DNA of 64,000 nt from Candidatus Binatia bacterium (GCA_963664015.2 CAXXLF010000001.1:480001-544000); one strand, 5' to 3'; counted from the stretch's first letter, positions 9,859 through 20,695 are shown. Numbers and translations are program-made. Notes: generated from the letters alone by a model not told the origin.

Positions 9859-10118
9859 GCAGACGGATGCAAGGGAAAGGGGTGTAAATCCCCTGCTGCC
9901 CCGCAACTGTGAAGGCCACGAAAGCCGCAGACGAGCCACTGCTGGTTTCGTTACTCGTTGATTCGTTAAATCGTTACTGGGGAACGCATAGCCGAATAAC
10001 GGATACACAAATATACGAATAACGAAAAGGTGGGAAGGCGCGGTGAGTAGGATGAAGCCCAAGCCAGGAGACCTATCCGTTCTGCCTCAACCTTCCCCTT
10101 TCGCGGGAATAAGGAGGG
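9859..10118 (+). ncRNA. Cobalamin riboswitch 2 (operon-internal, SD-sequestering)
   Basis: AAGGGAAAGGGGTGTAAATCCCCTGCTGCCCCGCAACTGT, AAGCCAGGAGACCT; P1 GCAGACGGAT/ATCCGTTCTGC; downstream hairpin covers AAGGAGG. Confidence 0.93.
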
Positions 10119-10121
10119 TCT

Positions 10122-12200
10122 ATGCTAGGGGTTCTTTTTATTCTATTTTTCTTGTTTCCTGCCGCGTCGACTTGGGCAGCCCAGATCCAGGACGAAGACA
10201 CCCTCAAACCGGTTTTGGTGTCCGCCACCCGGCTCAAGGACATAGAAGAGGATATCTCAAAATTACCAGGAAAGGTGGTTGTCATCACCCAGGAGGAAAT
10301 TAAAAACACTGGTGCCACAACCGTGCAAGAGGCGCTCCAATATCAAACTGGGGTAGTGCTTTACGACCAGATCGGCAACGAGTTTCAGTCCACAGTGAAC
10401 CTACGCGGGTTCAATGGGCAACCGGTACCTGCCACGACGATTTTCGTCGACGGTGTACGGGTCAATGAGCCGGATTTCAATACGGTCAATTTTGACTTCA
10501 TCCCCGTTGAGAATGTTGAAAGAATCGAGATCCTCTATGGACCGGGCACAGTGCACGGCCGCAATTCGCTTGCTGGTGTCATCAACATCACCATGAAAAA
10601 AGGTGCGGGCGATCAATTGGTCGTTGGAGGTGAGTCCGGCGGCGGCAGTTACGGCAGGCAGAAATACAACTTCTATGCAGACATTCCGCTAGGGCTTCCC
10701 AATCTGAAACACTTCTTCAGCGGGTCCAGAGAACTCTCTAACGGCTACCGGCACGAATCCGGTGGTCGCATGTCTCGGTTCTACCATAAGCTCGGATATT
10801 CCAACGAGTCGGGTACGGATCTGAGCCTGTCCCACACCTATGTTGACGACCGTTTGAAACAGGCAGGATCTATCACGAAAGCCCAGTTGGACAACAACAG
10901 AAAGACCAACGGGACTCCCGGTGACTTCAAGGACAGCCTCTACAATCTGGTCACCCTCAACGCACGACAGAAACTACCCGCGGGCTTCTCGGCGGCCATG
11001 AATTCCTATTACAGGAACAACAATTCGGAAAATTTTGTGGTCGGACTGAATAGTGTCTCCGACGCCAATACGGATTATGACCAATGGGGCGGGACTCTTC
11101 AGCTTAGTAACAACCGGTCTTTGAATGGCCGCAACACTGTTAACGTAGGGGTTGAATACGCCAACAATCAATTTACAACCATGACCGATGGTTTTTTTGG
11201 CGCCTTCCCCTTTACCATTGACACCTCGACCGACGAGGACGCGGTCGGGATATATCTCCTAAACAAGCTGGATATCTTCGAAACCCTTTCCGTTACCGGT
11301 GGATTTCGTTACGATTGGGACCGTATCGACTACAACGACAGGGTCACCCCGGCTGCGAGTTTTACTGAAACGTTTGACCACGTCAGTCCGCGGGCCGGGA
11401 TCGCGTACAATCCCTTCCCCAATCTTGGCTTTTACTTCAGCTATGCGGAGGGATTTCGTACCCCGACGGTGGCCGAGCTTCCCGCATTCGATCCGCCTCT
11501 CTTTACCCCCGCAGTCGCCACTCTCGACCCGGTTAAGTCACGGAATTTCGAAGTGGGGGTCAGGGGAAAGCTCCCCCCTTGGTTGGATGGTTCCATCGCG
11601 GTATTTTATACACCGGTCAGGGATGAGATCCTGTTCGTGGTCACGGACCCGTTAACCTTTTCTGGGCGCAATGTCAACATAAGCCGCAGCCTCAGGCGGG
11701 GAGTCGAACTAAGCCTGAAGGCGCGGCATAACACCCTGGTCGATGGATTCATAAACTACACTTATACCAAGACCACCTTCGAGACCGACGTCCTCCTCTT
11801 TTCCGGTCAGGTCAAAAAAGGGGACCAGTTCCCACTAGTCCCCAATCACAGGGTGGGCGTCGGATTGAACGTCCACCCCATCGATAATTTCACCGCATCC
11901 CTGTTCGGTTATTATGTGGGCAGGCAATACTTATCCAACGACGAGCCCAATAATTTCGACAAACTCGATGAGTATTATGTTCTCAACGGCAAAATGAGCT
12001 ACCGCTGGGAGAACATGACAGCGTACATCACCGGAAGCAACCTGACCAATAATAAGTTTGAGACCTTCGGGATCGTGGGCGGGTTTCCGGCACAACCCTT
12101 TCTGATCCCATTCCCAACGACCACGTTTTTCGCCGGCTTGACCTATCGCTTCGACGGACTGTCGAGCTGGTTGAAAGACCTCCCCGCCAATGGCGATTAA
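10122..12200 (+). CDS. btuB: TonB-dependent receptor, probable cobalamin receptor (BtuB-like)
   Basis: Signal peptide, TonB box VLVSATR, plug NLRG..VERIEILYGP..GVINI; B12 riboswitch directly upstream. Confidence 0.82.
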   Translation: MLGVLFILFFLFPAASTWAAQIQDEDTLKPVLVSATRLKDIEEDISKLPGKVVVITQEEIKNTGATTVQEALQYQTGVVLYDQIGNEFQSTVNLRGFNGQPVPATTIFVDGVRVNEPDFNTVNFDFIPVENVERIEILYGPGTVHGRNSLAGVINITMKKGAGDQLVVGGESGGGSYGRQKYNFYADIPLGLPNLKHFFSGSRELSNGYRHESGGRMSRFYHKLGYSNESGTDLSLSHTYVDDRLKQAGSITKAQLDNNRKTNGTPGDFKDSLYNLVTLNARQKLPAGFSAAMNSYYRNNNSENFVVGLNSVSDANTDYDQWGGTLQLSNNRSLNGRNTVNVGVEYANNQFTTMTDGFFGAFPFTIDTSTDEDAVGIYLLNKLDIFETLSVTGGFRYDWDRIDYNDRVTPAASFTETFDHVSPRAGIAYNPFPNLGFYFSYAEGFRTPTVAELPAFDPPLFTPAVATLDPVKSRNFEVGVRGKLPPWLDGSIAVFYTPVRDEILFVVTDPLTFSGRNVNISRSLRRGVELSLKARHNTLVDGFINYTYTKTTFETDVLLFSGQVKKGDQFPLVPNHRVGVGLNVHPIDNFTASLFGYYVGRQYLSNDEPNNFDKLDEYYVLNGKMSYRWENMTAYITGSNLTNNKFETFGIVGGFPAQPFLIPFPTTTFFAGLTYRFDGLSSWLKDLPANGD

Positions 12201-13179
12201 AGGCCGACCCATGAAGCTTTCCCGAACAATGGATGCATCCCACTTGGGTCACCTGAGCTGGTTATCGCTTTTAATGGTTCTTGGTTTAATGACTCTTGGT
12301 TGCCGGCCGGCACCGGAAGAACCCAGCAGAATCGTAACGGACGATTTGGGGTATCGAGTCCAGATCAAGCGTGATGTGCAAAAGGTCGTCTCCCTGGTCC
12401 CGACCAATTCGGAACTCGTTTGCCTGTTGGACTGTGAGCGCCTGCGAGGAGGAACCCGCTACGATCGCTTTCCCAAAGTACTGGCGAAGAGGATCAAGGA
12501 CAAACAAGTAAGAATTGTCGGCGGAGGCTTCGATCCCAATCTTGAAATAATCATTGAGATAGGGCCCGATCTCATTTTAGCCAACGGCCCTAGCCAACAG
12601 AAGGCCGTCCTGCCTCTCAGGAAACTGGGGTACCCGGTTATCAGCCTCTATGCACAAAACATCGAATGGCTCAAAAAAGACTTTTTACTCCTGGGGGAAA
12701 TTTTAGGTAGACAAGGGAAAGCCAAAATGATCGTAGAAGCCGAAGAGCGGGGACTGAAAGAGATCCGGCGAAAGACCGAGGGGAGAAAGAAAAAGAGAGT
12801 CTATCTTCAGACTTGGGCCAATCCCATGATCACCGTGGGGAAAGGTTCATTCTCTCAATCCCTTCTGACCCTGGCCGGTGGGATCAATATCTTCGAGGAC
12901 ATGCCATTTGATTCAGGACAAGTGAGCACCGAATGGATCATCCAACGTAATCCCGAGGTTATGATTTTTACTAACGATCAGATCGATTTTATCAATAAGA
13001 TCAAAAAACGCCCCGAGTGGAATCGGATCGACGCAGTAAAGAATAACCATATCTGTTTGATACATGAAATCAATTTTAGGCGTCGAATCCAATTCCTGGA
13101 CGGAATAAAGATAATCCACCAGTGCCTATTTGAAGGACAAGACAACGGGAAGGTCCTCAGACTGGATTCAAGCCCATGA
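12190..13179 (+). CDS. btuF: Cobalamin ABC substrate-binding lipoprotein (BtuF-like)
   Basis: LGC lipobox, VTDDLG, VVSLVPTNSE, AGGINIF, EWIIQRNPE; start may be a later Met. Confidence 0.8.
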   Translation: MAIKGRPMKLSRTMDASHLGHLSWLSLLMVLGLMTLGCRPAPEEPSRIVTDDLGYRVQIKRDVQKVVSLVPTNSELVCLLDCERLRGGTRYDRFPKVLAKRIKDKQVRIVGGGFDPNLEIIIEIGPDLILANGPSQQKAVLPLRKLGYPVISLYAQNIEWLKKDFLLLGEILGRQGKAKMIVEAEERGLKEIRRKTEGRKKKRVYLQTWANPMITVGKGSFSQSLLTLAGGINIFEDMPFDSGQVSTEWIIQRNPEVMIFTNDQIDFINKIKKRPEWNRIDAVKNNHICLIHEINFRRRIQFLDGIKIIHQCLFEGQDNGKVLRLDSSP

Positions 13180-13224
13180 AGCCTCCACTGGATTACGTCT
13201 GTGGTATCCATCATTTCTTCAGCA

Positions 13225-13320
13225 GAATCCGCCGAAGCACCTACCTTCGCCAAAGCTACGGTAGGTCCGACCGTCGCATTCATCCATGGGCTTACGCCCA
13301 TGGTCTTCTGCGAAGGCGGA
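13225..13320. repeat. MITE/REP-like intergenic element, copy 1
   Basis: Shares GAATCCGCCGAAGCA, GCATTCATCCAT and TCTTCTGCGAAGGCGGA with 20741-20837; terminal inverted repeat TCCGCC/GGCGGA. Confidence 0.75.
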
Positions 13321-13342
13321 AAGAATTGACTATGGATTATAA

Positions 13343-14317
13343 ATGACTCGAATTAAGGGTTGGCTTATTATTCTCACCATTCTGGTGATTTCCACCGCCC
13401 TGGCACTCGGCACAGGGCCGGTAGATATTTCTTTGTGGAACATGTCCGCAACGGACAAATTGATTCTTTTTAATCTGCGATTACCTCGAATCCTGTCCTC
13501 ATTCTTCGTGGGCGGCGGGCTTGCCCTGGCGGGCGCCATATTTCAGGGCCTGTTTCGTAACCCCTTGGCCGACAGCTACATATTGGGGATTTCTTCCGGG
13601 GCCTCCCTGGGCGCGGCCACTGCTATTGTTTTGGGGTTCACCTCTCCCCTGGCAATCTTCACCGGTGTAAGTTTCTTTTCCTTCTTGGGATCCCTCGCCG
13701 CGCTGGCACTGGTATTTTATTTTGGTTCACAAAATGGCTCGATCTCTCCTTTCCGCCTTCTTCTCTCGGGCCTGGGCGTGGGCCTGTTCCTTTCTTCTCT
13801 GGTAGCCATCCTCATGATCATGGCGGAAGAGGAACTCAAGGCCCTGATCTTCTTCTTTATGGGAGGATTTTCGACCTCCAGTTGGGAAACCGCGTTGCTC
13901 GCCTTGGTCTTCGTACCCGTGGGCGCGTGGATCGCCTTTTATTACGCCAGAGACCTCAATGTGTTGCTGCTGGGGAAAGAGACAGCACAGAGCTCCGGCG
14001 TAAATACCGTCTTGATCCAATCCGTCTACGCCATCACCGCGGCTCTCTTAACGTCCGTATCTGTTTCCGTAGCAGGGTTAATCGGCTTTGTCGGTCTCAT
14101 CGTTCCCCATATGGTTCGAATGATTTTCGGGGCCGATCACCGGAGCTTGTTCCCATTTTCATTCTTTGTTGGCGGTATTTTCTTAATCCTATGTGACACG
14201 ATTGCTAAAGTCGTCATCGCCCCCTCCGAGCTCCCCGTGGGCGTGGTGACTTCTCTGTGGGGGGTGCCGTTCTTCCTTTACTTACTCAAAAGAGAGAAGG
14301 GAGAATACGGCATATGA
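13343..14317 (+). CDS. btuC: FecCD-family ABC permease (BtuC-like)
   Basis: LRLPR, FRNPLAD, GISSGA, IGFVGLIVPH, ELPVG. Confidence 0.88.
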   Translation: MTRIKGWLIILTILVISTALALGTGPVDISLWNMSATDKLILFNLRLPRILSSFFVGGGLALAGAIFQGLFRNPLADSYILGISSGASLGAATAIVLGFTSPLAIFTGVSFFSFLGSLAALALVFYFGSQNGSISPFRLLLSGLGVGLFLSSLVAILMIMAEEELKALIFFFMGGFSTSSWETALLALVFVPVGAWIAFYYARDLNVLLLGKETAQSSGVNTVLIQSVYAITAALLTSVSVSVAGLIGFVGLIVPHMVRMIFGADHRSLFPFSFFVGGIFLILCDTIAKVVIAPSELPVGVVTSLWGVPFFLYLLKREKGEYGI

Positions 14318-15114
14318 TCGACAAGACGGAAGAGAACACTCTTGAAACCAAAAGCATCTCATTTGGCTATGGCAAGACCTTAGTCCTCGAGGATATTAGC
14401 TTTTCAATACAGCGAGGAGACTTTGTAGCCCTCATGGGTCCCAATGGTTCAGGAAAGACTACGCTCCTGAAAACCCTTCTTGGGCTTTTACCCCCCATAA
14501 GCGGAGAGATATTGCTCAACGGTCGCCCCGTACTCTCCTACGGGCCGAAGGAAAGAGCTAAACTGATTGGCTACGCATCCCAAGAGCCTTCTTTTAGCTT
14601 TCCCCTCACCGTAAAAGAGTTAGTGTCTTTGGGAAGGTATCCCCATTCGAATCGATTCCAAGATAGCCCGGAAGACGAACACGCCGTTGAAGAGGCCCTT
14701 CGCATAACCGAATCCACATCATTGAGGGAGAGGAAATTCACCACCTTAAGCGGAGGTGAAAGGCAAAAGGTCTTAATAGCCAGGGTATTGGCGCAGGCCT
14801 CACATCTTCTTTTGATGGACGAACCAACCACTCACTTGGACATCTACTTCCAATTGCACATCCTAGAGACTCTCAAAAAGATATGTAGAGAAAAGAACAT
14901 AACGATCATTGCAGTCCTACACGATCTCAACCTGGCCTCGCTGTTTGCCGACAAGGCTCTCCTGCTCAAAGGAGGAGAATCCGTCGCCTTTGGTAAAGTA
15001 CAAGACGTGGTGAACGAAAATAGCGTGAGAGAGATCTTTGGAGTCGAAGTAGCGAAAAAGATCGAACCGGGCCAAGGACCTCAATTTATTTTCCTGCGCA
15101 GGCCCGTACCGTAG
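14314..15114 (+). CDS. btuD: ABC ATP-binding protein (BtuD/FecE-like)
   Basis: GPNGSGKT, LSGGERQ, DEPTTHLD, HDLNLA; ATG overlaps the permease stop. Confidence 0.88.
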   Translation: MIDKTEENTLETKSISFGYGKTLVLEDISFSIQRGDFVALMGPNGSGKTTLLKTLLGLLPPISGEILLNGRPVLSYGPKERAKLIGYASQEPSFSFPLTVKELVSLGRYPHSNRFQDSPEDEHAVEEALRITESTSLRERKFTTLSGGERQKVLIARVLAQASHLLLMDEPTTHLDIYFQLHILETLKKICREKNITIIAVLHDLNLASLFADKALLLKGGESVAFGKVQDVVNENSVREIFGVEVAKKIEPGQGPQFIFLRRPVP

Positions 15115-15139
15115 TCAGTTATCAAGCTAACAGGCTAAT

Positions 15140-16657
15140 ATGCGCGCCAAAACTCTGATGATTCAAGGAAGCGCCTCCTCGGTGGGTAAAAGCACCCTGG
15201 TCACCGCCCTTTACCGTATTTTCAAGCAAGACGGTTGGAACGTAGCCCCCTTCAAGGCGCAAAACATGTCGCTCAATTCTTATGTCACCGGCGACAGTGC
15301 CGAAATGGGAAGGGCTCAGGTCGTCCAGGCTGCAGCAGCCTGCGTGGAACCCATGGTCGAGATGAACCCGGTGTTGCTGAAGCCGGAGGCTGACAACCGC
15401 TCTCAGGTCGTCTTCCTGGGACTCCCCTTGGCAAGCTTGGCGGCAAAGGACTACTACGCGTTGCGAACAAAGCTCTGGAAGGGAATCAGCGAGAGCTTGG
15501 ATAGCCTCATGGACCGTTACGAACTGGTCATAATGGAAGGTGCCGGGAGCCCGGCGAAGATAAATCTAAAGAAACATGCCATGGTCAATATGCGGGTCGC
15601 CCTGCATTGTCGCGCGCCGGTTGTCCTTGTCGCCGATATCGACCGGGGCGGAGTCTTCGCCTCTCTCGTCGGGACCCTGGAGCTCCTGGATCCACCTGAG
15701 CGGGCACTGATCAAGACTATCGTGATCAATAAATTCCGGGGGGATCTTTCCCTTCTGCCCCCCGGACTCGACTGGCTGGAAAACCGCACGGGTGTACCCG
15801 TTGCCGGAGTCATCCCCTATTATCATGACATAAGCATCGCTGAAGAGAATTCGGTCTCACTGGAACAGCGTCGGGCAATGAAGGCCAAGGACAAATTCCT
15901 GCTGGACATCGCAGTCATTGGACTGGGGCATATCAGCAACTTCGATGATTTCGACCCATTGGAACAAGAAACCCAGGTCCGAGTCCGCTACGTCCAGGCC
16001 AACGATGACCTGGGTGCACCTGACCTGATTATTGGACCGGGGACCAAAAATACGATGACTGACCTGGCGGAGCTCAGATCCCGAGGGTTGGACCAAACCG
16101 TCGTGGATCGGTCAAGGAATGGGATCCCGGTGATCGGAATCTGCGGCGGTTATCAGATGTTGGGGCAGCGAATTCACGACCCGGAGCAAGTAGAGAGTCC
16201 TACGCTGCAGGCACCAGGCCTGGGATTATTGCCCGTTTCAACCACATTTCTTCTGACGAAGATGACCCGGCAAGTATGCGGGAGGGTGGCAGCGGATAAG
16301 GGGCTGCTCAGCGGCGCTTTGGACCTACCGATTAGGGGCTATGGAATTCACATGGGAGAGACCGATGGAGTGACAATCCTCGCCTTCACTATCGAAGAAC
16401 GCTCACGGAAGCCAGGCAGAGAGTCCGACGGCTGACTGAGTCCAAACGGGAACGTTTTGGGAACCTACCTTCACGGTTTGTTTCACAACGATCGATTGCG
16501 GCACACCCTGCTGACAGGCCTTGCGGCAAAGAAACGGCTTCCCTTTCATCCCTCCGGTGGTGTAGTATCGAAGGAAGAGCAGTACGACCGACTAGCGGCA
16601 CTGGTCCGGAGCCACCTCGACATGGATCTCCACTACCGTACGGTTGACGTCAAATAG
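15140..16657 (+). pseudogene. cobQ: Cobyric acid synthase CobQ/CbiP with an in-frame TGA at 16433-16435
   Basis: PFKAQNMSLNS, MNPVLLKP, ADIDRGG, GICGGYQM; the GTYLHG motif lies after the stop in the same frame. Confidence 0.85.
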
Positions 16658-16801
16658 AGCCAATGGTTATAGCCGCATTCCAGGACCTAATAACGCTATG
16701 GATTATCTAGTTATCACGCAGGCGCTGGACAGGACCGGTCTGCTGATCAAGACTTACCTATTGGCGGAAGGAGAAATCTCATAGCCGAATCCGAAAGAGC
16801 A

Positions 16802-17215
16802 TTGGGCATAAACACCCCTTCTCCCGGGGGCTACATTGGCAAAGGCACCCAGGTCGCGGGAAAATTCTCCTTCGAAGGAACCACGACCATCGAAGGAAAT
16901 GTCAGCGGGGATGTCCATGTCCACGGTCATCTCATTGTTGGAGAGCACGCTTTCATTGAAGCCAAGGTCACTGCCACGTCGGTCCTCATCCGGGGAAAAG
17001 TCACAGGGGACGTTACATCCGAGAAGAAGATCGAGATTCAGCCGCCAGGGGCCGTCTTTGGAGACATCACGACTCCCAATCTCGTTATCGGCGACGGCGC
17101 AATCTTCGAGGGGAACTCGTACATGAAGCGGGAGCAAAAGGAGGGTAAGCTCCTCCCCCTGCTGCGCCCGAGCACTACTTCCGGATCCACAGAGGAACCA
17201 GGCTCCGATCTTTAG
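16802..17215 (+). CDS. Bactofilin (second paralogue)
   Basis: YIGKGTQVAG..LIVGEHA..GDITTPNLVIGDGAIFEGNSYM. Confidence 0.88.
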   Translation: MGINTPSPGGYIGKGTQVAGKFSFEGTTTIEGNVSGDVHVHGHLIVGEHAFIEAKVTATSVLIRGKVTGDVTSEKKIEIQPPGAVFGDITTPNLVIGDGAIFEGNSYMKREQKEGKLLPLLRPSTTSGSTEEPGSDL

Positions 17216-18944
17216 GCCGGACCAATCCACGATCGGTTATTCTCAAAGCGGGTAAGGTGACGAAAGTAAGAAAACAGAGGGGATGAAGGGGGCTATCGAA
17301 CGGGGAACCCTTCTCTCTCAGGCGCCGCTGGATGCGCCGTAGTCCGTCTCCAACCTCCTGCCACGGCTGCAGCGAAAAAATACCAGCTACGGGAAACCCC
17401 ATCTTCTCCATCACAACGCCCTCATCGACAACTGCAATTCCCCCGCCTTCTTCCAGCAAAAGGTTAGCACACAGGGCCATATCGTCGTCATTGGTGCCAA
17501 CAACCAGAAGGGCATATTCGTCCAGGTTGATAGTCGTACCCACGGCGCCGATTTTTCCGCCCCATCCCTTGAGCAGCCCTTGAGAGATCCTGCCGCTACC
17601 ACCACGGCAGTCAAAGATAGCCACTTTTAAGATATCCTGATTGGAATCCGCAACCACGGCCCCGTCCCGAACGGGTGGTTGCAGTATCGTCTCCCGTGTA
17701 ATGGTGTGGTTGACCAGTTCTATCACACGGGCCTCGGCCCCCTCAAATGGGGGAACCATTCGGAAGATCTCGGCAGAGATAACCGGTTTATAGCTGAGAC
17801 ACCGGATGGTACTAGGCGGTAAACTCATGGCATCACTGGCAACGAGAGAGACACCCCCCTGGGCGACCCGCCGGCCACCGATCACGGTCGTTTCCACTTG
17901 AACTTTTTCCAGATCCGCGAGCAAGGCGAAGTCGGCCGAACGGCCGGGGGCAATACCACCGATTTCCTGATCCAGTCCCGAGTAAGTCGCCGGATTGAGG
18001 GTCACCGCCTGTATGGCCTTTACCGGAGATAATCCGAGACCGATGGCGCGCCGCACGACGTAGTCCACATGACCTCGATCTTGGACATCGACGGGCGACA
18101 CGCTGTCGGTGACGAGGATCAAACGGCGTGTGCTCAACCGCCGTTGCACGATGGGTCCCAGTGTGGCCTCGAGGTCCTGACGAAAGGAGCCTTCTCTCAG
18201 CATGACCCAATAACCAGCACGGAGTTTCTCGAGCGCCTCGCGCTCGCCTACGGGCTCATGACACGACGAGACCTGTGCCGCCGCAATCGCCGCGAGCTTT
18301 CTGTCTCTGGCCCCCGCTGTATGACCGTGAACGATCTTTCCCGCGGCGAGGGTCATCTCAATCCTCTCGAGGACCTCCGGATCCCTATCGATTAGACGAA
18401 GCCAGGAAACGATTTCCCCCAATCCGAGAATCCTCGGGTCGGCCAATGCGTCGGCCACCTCGGCCTGCGTTAGACTGTGGGTGTGGGATAAGAGAGGGTC
18501 CTGTGGGGCGACCATGGAGATGAGCGTGTAAACCCTCAGGGGGTGCCCTTCCACCTCGTCAAGAAATAGTCGGACCCCTTCGTACCCCAGGACCGACGCA
18601 TGCTCGTCGCAGGAGGTCATAAGCGCCGTCGTTCCATGAGGCAAATAGGCCTGTAGAAATTCATAAGGACGACAGAAATGGCCGATATGCGTATGGCCAT
18701 CGATAAACCCCGGCGCCACGTAAAGGCCACGGGCGTCCAGGACTTCCGTCGAATCACCCCGAGTGTGGGCCGCACTTTCACCCACGTAACAAATCCTGCC
18801 GTCCACCACGGCGATTTCCATCCCGTCCAGGATCTCTCCCGAATAGACGTTGATGAGCTTGCCGCCGGTAACGATCAAATCGGACTTGATTTCCCCCAGG
18901 GCTCCCTGGATCAAAGTTTCGATTTCTCTCTTTGAACGGGCCAT
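17175..18944 (-). CDS. ade: Adenine deaminase (amidohydrolase superfamily)
   Basis: PGFIDGHTH, LGEIV, HGH, SCHE, LREGS, TLNPA, GGIAPGRSAD, LPALRIT. Confidence 0.85.
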   Translation of the reverse strand: MARSKREIETLIQGALGEIKSDLIVTGGKLINVYSGEILDGMEIAVVDGRICYVGESAAHTRGDSTEVLDARGLYVAPGFIDGHTHIGHFCRPYEFLQAYLPHGTTALMTSCDEHASVLGYEGVRLFLDEVEGHPLRVYTLISMVAPQDPLLSHTHSLTQAEVADALADPRILGLGEIVSWLRLIDRDPEVLERIEMTLAAGKIVHGHTAGARDRKLAAIAAAQVSSCHEPVGEREALEKLRAGYWVMLREGSFRQDLEATLGPIVQRRLSTRRLILVTDSVSPVDVQDRGHVDYVVRRAIGLGLSPVKAIQAVTLNPATYSGLDQEIGGIAPGRSADFALLADLEKVQVETTVIGGRRVAQGGVSLVASDAMSLPPSTIRCLSYKPVISAEIFRMVPPFEGAEARVIELVNHTITRETILQPPVRDGAVVADSNQDILKVAIFDCRGGSGRISQGLLKGWGGKIGAVGTTINLDEYALLVVGTNDDDMALCANLLLEEGGGIAVVDEGVVMEKMGFPVAGIFSLQPWQEVGDGLRRIQRRLREKGSPFDSPLHPLCFLTFVTLPALRITDRGLVRPKDRSLVPLWIRK

Positions 18945-19115
18945 GATCTCCCTCCACTTAACATAACCGTTCGGCCTTTACCAAAAGCCGCCACCTACAA
19001 CCCACCGGTTGTCACCGTGCCACGTTAATCCCTGCCTTAAGGGGTAGATTAAAAACAATTCTTATAGCTCTACCAGGTATTGTCTTCCCACGCCTATTTT
19101 AATAACATCCACTCC

Positions 19116-19889
19116 ATGATTTCTCTTATGCTCACGGATTTGACCAAGAGATTTGGGTCGATAACTGCCGTCGACAATGCCAACCTCTCTGTTCAGGACG
19201 GAGAGCTGCTTGTCATCGTGGGCTCTAGCGGTTGCGGCAAGACGACCCTATTGAGAATGATTGCCGGACTGGAGACCCCCGACAGTGGGACTGTTTTCAT
19301 TGGGGGGGATGCTGCAAACGATATTCCCGCTGGACGCAGAGGAGTCCAGATGATCTTTCAGAATTATGCCCTATGGCCCCATATGAAGGTTTTCAACGAG
19401 AAAAAATACACCAACCTAACCTTCCCGCTGAAAATCCGAAAATGGTCACAGGAAAAGATCCGCCAATACACCCTACAGATCGCAAAGAACCTGGGAATCG
19501 ATGAGGGGGTTTTCTCCCGCAGGCCAGGCGAACTTTCCGCCGGACAGCAGCAGCGAGTCGCCATGGGCAGGGCCATGACCACCACACCGAGAATCCTTTT
19601 GATGGACGAGCCTTTGAGCAACCTCGACGCGCCCAGCCGAATCAAGATGCGCAGCGAGATCCTGGCTTTTCATCGGGAGCACCGATTGACGACCCTCTAC
19701 GTGACCCATGATCTCGCTAACGCGATGGCCCTGGCGGATCGAGTGGCCATGATGCGGAGCGGTCGCTTTGAACAGGTCGATTCCATGGAGAACCTGCTCC
19801 AGCGGCCAGCCAATACTTATGTAGCGGATTTCTTCAGGGCCTCAGGCTTTGGACCCGGCAGCGCCCTGAGCCATGGAAGAGATCTATGA
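19116..19889 (+). CDS. MalK/PotA-like ABC ATP-binding protein; no permease adjacent
   Basis: GSSGCGKT, FQNYALWPHM, LSAGQQQR, DEPLSNLD. Confidence 0.88.
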   Translation: MISLMLTDLTKRFGSITAVDNANLSVQDGELLVIVGSSGCGKTTLLRMIAGLETPDSGTVFIGGDAANDIPAGRRGVQMIFQNYALWPHMKVFNEKKYTNLTFPLKIRKWSQEKIRQYTLQIAKNLGIDEGVFSRRPGELSAGQQQRVAMGRAMTTTPRILLMDEPLSNLDAPSRIKMRSEILAFHREHRLTTLYVTHDLANAMALADRVAMMRSGRFEQVDSMENLLQRPANTYVADFFRASGFGPGSALSHGRDL

Positions 19890-20695
19890 GTCCCAATGAA
19901 CGACTTCCAAACCAGGCATGGGCTAAGGTTTTTCTCTGTCTCTTCCCTTTAACAGCTTCTCCAACCCTGGCCGCCTGCCGTGAGATTGATGTGCCCCACG
20001 GCTTTCCCCGCCCCACTTACGCCGCAGAAACCGATGCGACCATCCGTTACCTGGGCCACAACTTTTTTCACATCACCACTAGTAAAGGAAATCAGTTGCC
20101 CACCGATCCCCTCGGACCCGGTTGGTATCCAGATCCGGTTGTCTCCGCCCACGTAGTCACCGTGGGCAGGGAGCACTTCAACCATAACTACGTGGAGGTG
20201 ATTCGAGACAGGCCGCTGGTCTTACGCGGCCTCAGCGACCTTACCGACGATTGGAACCGAGTCAGCATTAACATTAGGAAAGTCTTCGTCTACAACAACC
20301 CCCTGTATCAAAACGGGGCCGACGGGGATTACCACAAAGGGGCCTCCTTTGTATTCGACCTGGGGAACCTCTGCATCGCCCATCTGGGCGATCTAAGTCA
20401 CCGACTGACACCGCATCAACTAAAACTGATCGGCAAGATCGATATTGCACTGACCCCTATCGGGGGGGAGATTCACTATGGGGCCCCAGAACGCACGGGC
20501 GGTCATACGCCAGCTCAAGCCGAAGATCGCCATCCCGATGCACTATCTGACGATCCCAACCGAGTTGAAGAGTTCAGCGAAGGATACCCGGTTCGAACCA
20601 TGGACAGTGACACCTTCCTCACAAGCAAGTCAGCCCTCCCCTCTTCAACTGAGATCGTTGTCCTCACTCCACACGGTGCTGTTCGGTACGAGTGA
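19886..20695 (+). pseudogene. MBL-fold metallo-hydrolase with two compensating frameshifts
   Basis: IRYLGHN, HLGDL, PIGG; the conserved FTMGP..LKPKIAIPMHY segment sits in another frame between about 20468 and 20547. Confidence 0.75.

Noticed and set aside
16433-16465. Selenocysteine recoding of the cobQ TGA (hairpin CCAAACG-GGAA-CGTTTTGG follows)
   Set aside because: The position is not the catalytic Cys, the loop is only 13 nt from the UGA, and the gene has other damaging substitutions
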